In this document: positions 59,001-64,000 of the stretch, one piece after another
Layout: each line of letters opens with the position of its first letter
Position numbering within the stretch: the first letter of the stretch is position 1
Source: a plasmid
Direction: 5' to 3' (one strand)
Sequence record: NZ_CP010801.1
DNA length: 64,000 bases
Translations under genes and position numbers: made by a program
The notes under the pieces: generated by a model
What the model saw: the letters and a program-made list of their open reading frames with translations, nothing else
The model's database searches: none
What the model was told of the DNA's origin: nothing

Positions 59001-59240
59001 GAACGGGTGCGGCCTGTGCTGATGACGGCGCTGGTTGCCTCGCTCGGCTTCGTGCCGATGGCGATTGCGACGGGTACCGGCGCCGAGGTGCAGAAGCCGC
59101 TGGCGACGGTGGTGATCGGCGGCCTGGTCACCGCCACCGTCCTGACACTGTTCGTGCTACCCGCGCTCTGCGGGCTGGTGTTGCGGCGGCAGGCCCGCCG
59201 CGAGTCGGGTGACCAGGGGGTACTCGAAGCGCAGCCATAA
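56004..59240 (+). CDS. cnrA: heavy-metal RND efflux pump (CzcA/CnrA/NccA family)
   Basis: 1078 aa with 12 TM segments and two large periplasmic loops. Translationally coupled to the MFP gene. Confidence 0.9.
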   Translation: MIGSILNGAVRLRWLVLFLTAVVATVGAWQLNLLPIDVTPDITNKQVQINTVVPTLSPVEVEKRVTYPIETALSGLNGVESTRSFSRNGFSQVTVIFKESANLYFMRQQVSERLAQARPSLPEGAEPQMGPVSTGLGEVFHYSVEYAHPDGKGATIKDGLPGWQSDGSFLTDRGERLTDQVSKLAYLRTVQDWIVRPQLRTTPGVADVDSLGGYVKQYVVEPDAAKLAAYGISYAELARGLEDANLSVGANYIRRSGESYLVRADARIRSVDEISRAVIAQRQNVPITVGQVAVVKVGGELRSGAASRNGYETVVGSALMLVGANSRTVAQAVGDKLKQIEKTMPPGVVIVPTLDRSQLVVATIETVAKNLTEGALLVVVILFLLLGNVRAATIAALVIPLSLLISAIGMNALGISGNLMSLGALDFGLIIDGAVIIVENTLRRLAERQHREGRLLTLRERLDEVVLSSREMVRPTVYGQLVIFLVFLPCLTFQGVEGKMFSPMVITLMLALASAFVLSLTFVPAMIAVLMRKQVAEKEVRVIAATKQRYRPWLQAAVRRPLPFLGAGALTLALAAVAFAFVGREFMPTLDEQNLNLSSVRIPSTSIDQSVAIDLPLERAVMTLPEVKTVYSKAGTASLAADPMPPNASDNYIILKPKDEWPAGVTTKEQVIERIRQKTAAMVGNNYDVTQPIEMRFNELIGGVRSDVAVKIYGEDLDELAATAQRVAAVLRKTPGAADVRVPLTGGFPTFDIVFDRAAIARYGLTVKEVADTLSTALAGKAAGQVFDGDRRFDIVVRLAREQRDNLDVLGALPVMLPQADGQPRASVPLRQLVQFRFTQGLNEVSRDNGKRRIYVEANVGERDLGSFVDDAAKRIANEVKLPTGSWIEWGGQFQNLQAATKRLAIIVPACFILIAATLYLAIGSAMLTATVLTAVPLALAGGVFALLLRGMPFSISAAVGFIAVSGVAVLNGLVLISAIRKRLKDGMAPDAAVVEGAMERVRPVLMTALVASLGFVPMAIATGTGAEVQKPLATVVIGGLVTATVLTLFVLPALCGLVLRRQARRESGDQGVLEAQP

Positions 59241-59313
59241 CGGGGGGCAGCCGTATTGATGTAGCGATCTCTACATCATTGCAGCGTCGCATACGGCAAT
59301 CTAAGCTGCCGTC

Positions 59314-60279
59314 ATGACTGCCCCTCTCGATTCCTGGCTCCTGCTGATCGTCAGCCTGCCAACCGCGAGCGCAACCGCGCGCATGCGCGTCTGGCGCGCG
59401 CTCAAGGCGCTGGGCTGTGCCGCCCTGCGCGACGGCGCCTACTTATTGCCTGCCCACGCGGAACAAGCCCCCCAGTTGCGCGAGTTGGCCGACGAAGTCG
59501 TACGGGAAAACGGCCAAGCCTGGCTGCTGCACGTCCAGGCCCCAGGGCCGGATGAGGCGGCGATCTATCAGGCCCTATTCGACCGCACCCCTGATTACAC
59601 GGACTGGTTGGCCGAGCTGTCGGATGCCCGCAAGACGCTCCCCGGCCTGGCCGCGGCGGAACTCAACCGCCTGCACCGTCGGCACGCCCGCACCTATGAG
59701 GCCATCCGCAAGATCGACTTCTTCCCCAACGAGGCGTCGATCCGTGCGCAGGCGCAGTGGCGGGACTTTGCGGGCGCCGTCACTGCCGTTCAATCGCCGG
59801 GTGAGCCGCATGCGGCCGCCGGCAGCATCCCGCGCCGCGACCCTGCGCAGTATCAGGGCCGTATGTGGGCCACACGCCAGCATCTGTGGGTCGATCGCGT
59901 TGCCAGCGCCTGGCTGATCCAGCGCTTCATCGATCCGCACGCGCGCTTTCTCTGGCTGGAGAGCCCCGCCGATTGCCCGGCAGATGCGCTGGGCTTCGAC
60001 TTTGACGGTGCGACCTTCACGCACGTCGGCGACCGGGTGTCGTTCGAGGTGCTGCTCGCCAGCTTCGGCCTGGACGGCAATCACGGGCTCGCCCGGCTCG
60101 GCGCGGTCGTGCACGCGCTGGACGTGGGCGGCACCACCGTGCCGGAAGCTGGCGGCTTCGAAGCCATCCTGGCCGGCGCTCGCAAACGACTGGCCGATGA
60201 CGACGCGCTGCTGACAGAGATCGGCAGTGTGCTCGATTCCCTCTATGCCCACTTCTCCGGCAGCCGCAAACCAAGCTGA
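59314..60279 (+). CDS. chrB: chromate resistance regulator ChrB
   Basis: N-terminal WLLLIVSLPT...ARMRVWRALKALGCAALRDGAYLLP signature. Confidence 0.8.
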   Translation: MTAPLDSWLLLIVSLPTASATARMRVWRALKALGCAALRDGAYLLPAHAEQAPQLRELADEVVRENGQAWLLHVQAPGPDEAAIYQALFDRTPDYTDWLAELSDARKTLPGLAAAELNRLHRRHARTYEAIRKIDFFPNEASIRAQAQWRDFAGAVTAVQSPGEPHAAAGSIPRRDPAQYQGRMWATRQHLWVDRVASAWLIQRFIDPHARFLWLESPADCPADALGFDFDGATFTHVGDRVSFEVLLASFGLDGNHGLARLGAVVHALDVGGTTVPEAGGFEAILAGARKRLADDDALLTEIGSVLDSLYAHFSGSRKPS

Positions 60280-60294
60280 CTTCACTGCACAACC

Positions 60295-61503
60295 ATGATG
60301 AACACGACCCCATCCACCGCGCCCACGCCACCGCAGCCTCACCACGAACGCCCGTCCTACACGCTCTGGCAACTGGTGCTGTATTTTGTGCGGCTCGGCA
60401 CCCTGGGCTTCGGCGGCCCCGTGGCGCTGGCCGGCTATATGCGCCGCGACTTGGTGGACGCGAAGCAATGGATCACCGAGGCTGACTACAAGGAAGGCCT
60501 CGCGCTTGCACAGTTGGCACCCGGCCCATTGGCCGCGCAATTGGCGATTTACCTCGGCTATGTGCATTACCGCATCCTCGGGGCAACGCTGATCGGCATC
60601 GCCTTCGTGCTGCCGTCGTTCCTGATGGTGGTGGCGCTGGGGTGGGCTTATGTGCGCTTCGGCGGCCTGACCTGGATGCAGTCGGTGTTCTACGGGGTCG
60701 GTGCGGCCGTGATCGGCATCATCGCCATCAGCGCTTACAAGCTGACGACCAAGAGCGTTGGCAAGGACAAGCTGCTGTGGGCGGTCTACCTGGTGCTGGC
60801 GGCCGTCACCGTCATCACGGAATCGGAAGTGGCCTGGCTGTTCCTGGCCGGCGGTGTGCTCGTCTGGTTCTGGCGCGCACCGCCCAAGTGGGTACGTCAG
60901 GGCAAGGTGAATGCGCTGGCCGCGACACCGCTGCCGGCGGCCAGCGGCATCTTCAGCTCAATCGACTGGCCGCTGCTGTCGCAGATCGGCGTGTTCTTTG
61001 CCAAAGCGGGCGCCTTCGTGTTTGGCTCGGGCCTGGCCATCGTGCCATTCCTCTATGGCGGCGTGGTCACCGAACACCACTGGCTCAACGATAAACAGTT
61101 CGTCGATGCGGTGGCCGTGGCAATGATCACGCCGGGGCCGGTGGTCATCACGGTGGGCTTCATCGGCTACCTGATCGCGGGCCTGCCCGGCGCTTGCGTA
61201 GCAGCGGCTGGCACGTTCTTGCCGTGCTACCTGTTCACCATCCTGCCGGCGCCGTACTTCAAGAAGTACGGCAAGCTGCCCGCCATCCTGGCGTTTGTCG
61301 ACGGTGTCACAGCCGCCGCCGTGGGTGCCATTACCGGCGCGGTGATCGTGCTGGCCAAGCGCTCCATCGTCGATGTGCCGACGGTGTTGCTGGCGCTGGT
61401 GACGGTCGCGCTGCTGCTCAAGTTCAAGAAGCTGACGGAGCCGGTGATCGTGGCCGGCGCCGCGTTGATCGGCCTGGCGGTGTATCCACTGCTCCACCAC
61501 TGA
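60295..61503 (+). CDS. chrA: chromate transporter ChrA (CHR family)
   Basis: 402 aa polytopic membrane protein with duplicated CHR halves. Confidence 0.85.
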   Translation: MMNTTPSTAPTPPQPHHERPSYTLWQLVLYFVRLGTLGFGGPVALAGYMRRDLVDAKQWITEADYKEGLALAQLAPGPLAAQLAIYLGYVHYRILGATLIGIAFVLPSFLMVVALGWAYVRFGGLTWMQSVFYGVGAAVIGIIAISAYKLTTKSVGKDKLLWAVYLVLAAVTVITESEVAWLFLAGGVLVWFWRAPPKWVRQGKVNALAATPLPAASGIFSSIDWPLLSQIGVFFAKAGAFVFGSGLAIVPFLYGGVVTEHHWLNDKQFVDAVAVAMITPGPVVITVGFIGYLIAGLPGACVAAAGTFLPCYLFTILPAPYFKKYGKLPAILAFVDGVTAAAVGAITGAVIVLAKRSIVDVPTVLLALVTVALLLKFKKLTEPVIVAGAALIGLAVYPLLHH

Positions 61504-61519
61504 ATCGGGCGAGACGACC

Positions 61520-62110
61520 ATGACTACCCAAATGAAGCCGCTGGCATGCGATCCGACCAAGCTGTCCGGCTTGTCGGAGAAGCTGATCGCCAGCCACTAC
61601 GAGAACAACTACGGCGGCGCCGTGAAGCGCCTGAATGCCATCGCGGCGGCGTTTGCGGCGCTCGATGTGACCACGGCTGCGGGGTTCGTGCTCAACGGCC
61701 TCAAGCGTGAAGAGCTGATCGCCACGAACTCCATGATCCTGCACGAGGTGTACTTCGACAGCCTTGGGGATGGCGGGCCGTTGGGGGGCAACCTGAAGGT
61801 TGCCATCGAACGCGATTTCGGCTCGGTCGAGCGCTGGCAGGCCGAATTCACAGCGATGGGCAAGGCGCTTGGCGGCGGCTCCGGCTGGGTGTTGCTGACC
61901 TACTCGCCGCGTGATGGGCGGCTCGTCAACCAGTGGGCAGCGGACCACACCCATACGCTGGCCGGCGGCACGCCAATCCTGGCGCTCGACATGTACGAGC
62001 ACGCGTACCACATGGACTACGGCGCCAAGGCCGCGGCCTATGTCGACGCGTTCATGCAGAACGTGCACTGGGCGCGCGTCGCCGAGCGTCTGGCCACCGT
62101 GCAGCGGTAG
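61520..62110 (+). CDS. chrC: Fe/Mn superoxide dismutase (ChrC-like)
   Basis: HYENNYGGAV...DMYEHAYHMDY. Positioned after chrA as in the pMOL28 chr cluster. Confidence 0.8.
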   Translation: MTTQMKPLACDPTKLSGLSEKLIASHYENNYGGAVKRLNAIAAAFAALDVTTAAGFVLNGLKREELIATNSMILHEVYFDSLGDGGPLGGNLKVAIERDFGSVERWQAEFTAMGKALGGGSGWVLLTYSPRDGRLVNQWAADHTHTLAGGTPILALDMYEHAYHMDYGAKAAAYVDAFMQNVHWARVAERLATVQR

Positions 62111-62146
62111 TGCCTTTCCATCAACTAATCGCAGCGGAGGTTGTCA

Positions 62147-62607
62147 TGCAGTGGATTACGCGCGAGCGCCCCAAGATCGATCGCATTGCCTGTCCCTGGC
62201 TGATCGCCCGCTTCATCGATGAGACGCCGGAGTTCCTCTATGTACCGTCGGGCGATGTGGTGCGCATCGCCAACGAACGTGGTGCGATTCCGTACGACAT
62301 CCCTGGTGTGGAGCTTACGCATGTCGGCGAGCTGTGCAGCTTCGACGCCTTCCTCAACAAGTACCGCCTCGGCCAGGACGCCGCGCTGCAGCAGTTGGCC
62401 CGCATCGTGCGCGGCGCGGATACGTCGCGGCTGGACCTGACGCCGCAGTCCAGCGGGCTGTATGCCATCTCGCTCGGACTCTCGCAGGTGTATGCCGACG
62501 ACCACGAGATGCTGGAGCACGGGCTGGTGATGTACGACGCCCTCTATGCGTGGTGCCAACGCTGCCAGGCCGAGACGCACAAGTGGCCTCCCAAGATGCC
62601 GGCCTGA
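62147..62607 (+). CDS. ChrB C-terminal-domain-like protein (153 aa; ChrF-like)
   Basis: GGAGG RBS. Gene context. Confidence 0.45.
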
Positions 62608-62627
62608 ACCGGCCAAGGAGACGAGCG

Positions 62628-63242
62628 ATGAAGCGGACCCTGCTGATGCCTTGGCTGCTGTTGTTGGCCATGCCGGCGACAGGAGAAACGATCCTGTTCA
62701 CCCAGGACAAGCCTGGCGCATTGCCTGCGGGATGGGTGGCTGGCGTCACCGGCCACGGCACGCCCAGATGGACCGTTGAGGCGGACGCTGCCGGCACCAA
62801 CGTGCTCAAGCAGTCTGGCTCCGGCGATTTCCCGTGGTGCGTGAAACAGGGTACCGCCGTCGCCGACGGGTTCGTCGAGGTGAAGTTCAAGCCTGTCGCT
62901 GGTCATGAAGATCAGGCCGGGGGCGTCGTCTGGCGCTGGAAGGACGGCAACGATTACTACGTCGCGCGCGCGAACGCGCTGGAGAACAACGTCTCGCTGT
63001 ACTACACGACGGGTGGTCACCGGCACACGCTTCGCTACCAGGATGCGCCGGTTGCCGCGCAGGCCTGGCATACGTTGCGGGTGGAATTCGCGGGCGATCG
63101 CATTCAGGTATCGCTGGATGGCAAGCGCTACATCGACGTGACGGACGATCACATCCGCGGTACCGGCGCGGTTGGGGTCTGGACCAAGGCCGACAGCGTG
63201 ACCCTGTTCGACGCGTTCTCGTACGGCACCACCGCGAAGTAA
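62628..63242 (+). CDS. secreted LamG/DUF1080-like protein
   Basis: Signal peptide MKRTLLMPWLLLLAMPATG. Confidence 0.45.
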   Translation: MKRTLLMPWLLLLAMPATGETILFTQDKPGALPAGWVAGVTGHGTPRWTVEADAAGTNVLKQSGSGDFPWCVKQGTAVADGFVEVKFKPVAGHEDQAGGVVWRWKDGNDYYVARANALENNVSLYYTTGGHRHTLRYQDAPVAAQAWHTLRVEFAGDRIQVSLDGKRYIDVTDDHIRGTGAVGVWTKADSVTLFDAFSYGTTAK

Positions 63243-63260
63243 TACAGAGAGGAGAAAGAA

Positions 63261-63665
63261 GTGAATTTCAAGTCGGAAGTGGGCGGGACCAAAGGCCGGT
63301 TGCCATGCGCAATTGTCTGGGCTGGAATCGCGATGCTATGTACCACCACTTCGGTGCTGGCCGATGAAGGTTTCAAGCACCTGAGCGGTGCTGAACTCAA
63401 GAAGGCGATCGTTGGCAAGACCATCACTGATGGCACCCACTGGTCGGACAAGTTCAAGCCCGACGGCACGGTCGAATCCGTCATGCACGGACAGGTCCTA
63501 GGCGGCCGCTGGCGCGTGCGGGGCGGCGAGTTGTGCATTGCCGATTCCAACGGCAAGGGCAAGCCCCAGGCCGAGGATTGCTTCGAAGTCTGGCGCCATG
63601 GCCACGCAATCGAATATCGGCGCAATGGAAACGGCTTTGCGCAGGGGGATTTGGTCAACAGATGA
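63261..63665 (+). CDS. secreted hypothetical protein (GTG start)
   Basis: GAGGAGA RBS. Signal-peptide-like N-terminus. Confidence 0.4.
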   Translation: MNFKSEVGGTKGRLPCAIVWAGIAMLCTTTSVLADEGFKHLSGAELKKAIVGKTITDGTHWSDKFKPDGTVESVMHGQVLGGRWRVRGGELCIADSNGKGKPQAEDCFEVWRHGHAIEYRRNGNGFAQGDLVNR

Positions 63666-63681
63666 CGTATCGGAGCCCACC

Positions 63682-63987
63682 ATGTCGAATGACGCCCAGC
63701 AGCTCGCTGCAATCGTTCTCGCCTGTTCATTAGCCTTCGCGATCGCCGGCTGCAAGAAGAACCCGTTTGGCGAGCGCAGCAGCGAGGTCGTCGGTATTGC
63801 GCAAGTCCCGGCGCCAGTCAAAGCGACGATTGATCGGCAGGCGGGCGGGCGGGCGATCGGCGAAATCGAGAAGCAGACGCAGAACGGCCGGGTCCGCTAC
63901 GAGGTCACGCTCGGCAGTGGAAGCGACAAGTCCACCGTGCTCATCGGCCAAGACGGTCAGCAAATCGCCGACGAAGACGATGACTGA
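63682..63987 (+). CDS. PepSY-like lipoprotein (101 aa)
   Basis: Lipobox AIAGC. RVRYEVTLG PepSY-like strand. Confidence 0.45.
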   Translation: MSNDAQQLAAIVLACSLAFAIAGCKKNPFGERSSEVVGIAQVPAPVKATIDRQAGGRAIGEIEKQTQNGRVRYEVTLGSGSDKSTVLIGQDGQQIADEDDD

Positions 63988-64000
63988 GGCTGTACATCAC

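Noticed and set aside
54092-60567. Several minus-strand ORFs inside cnrC/cnrB/cnrA/chrB
   Set aside because: Antisense frames of well-supported efflux and chr genes.

Overview
High-GC betaproteobacterial (Cupriavidus/Ralstonia-like) mosaic mobile-element DNA, likely a plasmid- or ICE-borne accessory region. Layout in order: (1) a complete-looking IS21-family insertion sequence (istA-istB) at 1-2475. (2) A run of plus-strand genes (2.9-8.4 kb): a MoxR/CobS-like AAA+ ATPase, a conserved unknown protein, a CobT-like VWA protein and small hypotheticals. Each has its own terminator plus a conserved ~35-bp upstream box/hairpin motif. (3) A minus-strand conjugative DNA-processing block (10-20 kb): a MobH-type relaxase candidate, a T4CP-like ATPase, an SSB-like protein, topoisomerase III, and a ParM/ParR actin-type partition system with 18-bp centromere-like iterons. 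(4) A NERD nuclease, iteron arrays and two SAM methyltransferases. (5) A lambda-like replication module (25-29 kb): a replication-organizer-like initiator whose coding region carries ori-like repeats, plus a DnaC-like helicase loader. (6) A second run of plus-strand hypotheticals with the same upstream motif, including a large N6-adenine DNA methyltransferase, then a six-gene operon. (7) A replicative helicase DnaB, membrane proteins, an SLT lytic transglycosylase and tRNA-3'-end-like fragments. (8) A KfrA-like gene followed by a cnr/ncc-type nickel-cobalt sensor-ECF-efflux operon (cnrYXHCBA-like) directly abutting a chromate resistance cluster (chrB-chrA-SOD/chrC-chrB-domain protein), reminiscent of Cupriavidus metallidurans pMOL28. 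The most unusual signal is the rigidly spaced ACAACCA-N5-GAAC-CCGGCATTYCGCCGG element ~15-20 nt upstream of at least 10 start codons, together with ori-like repeats inside the replication-initiator gene. Coordinates of features not on the ORF track may be off by 1-3 nt.
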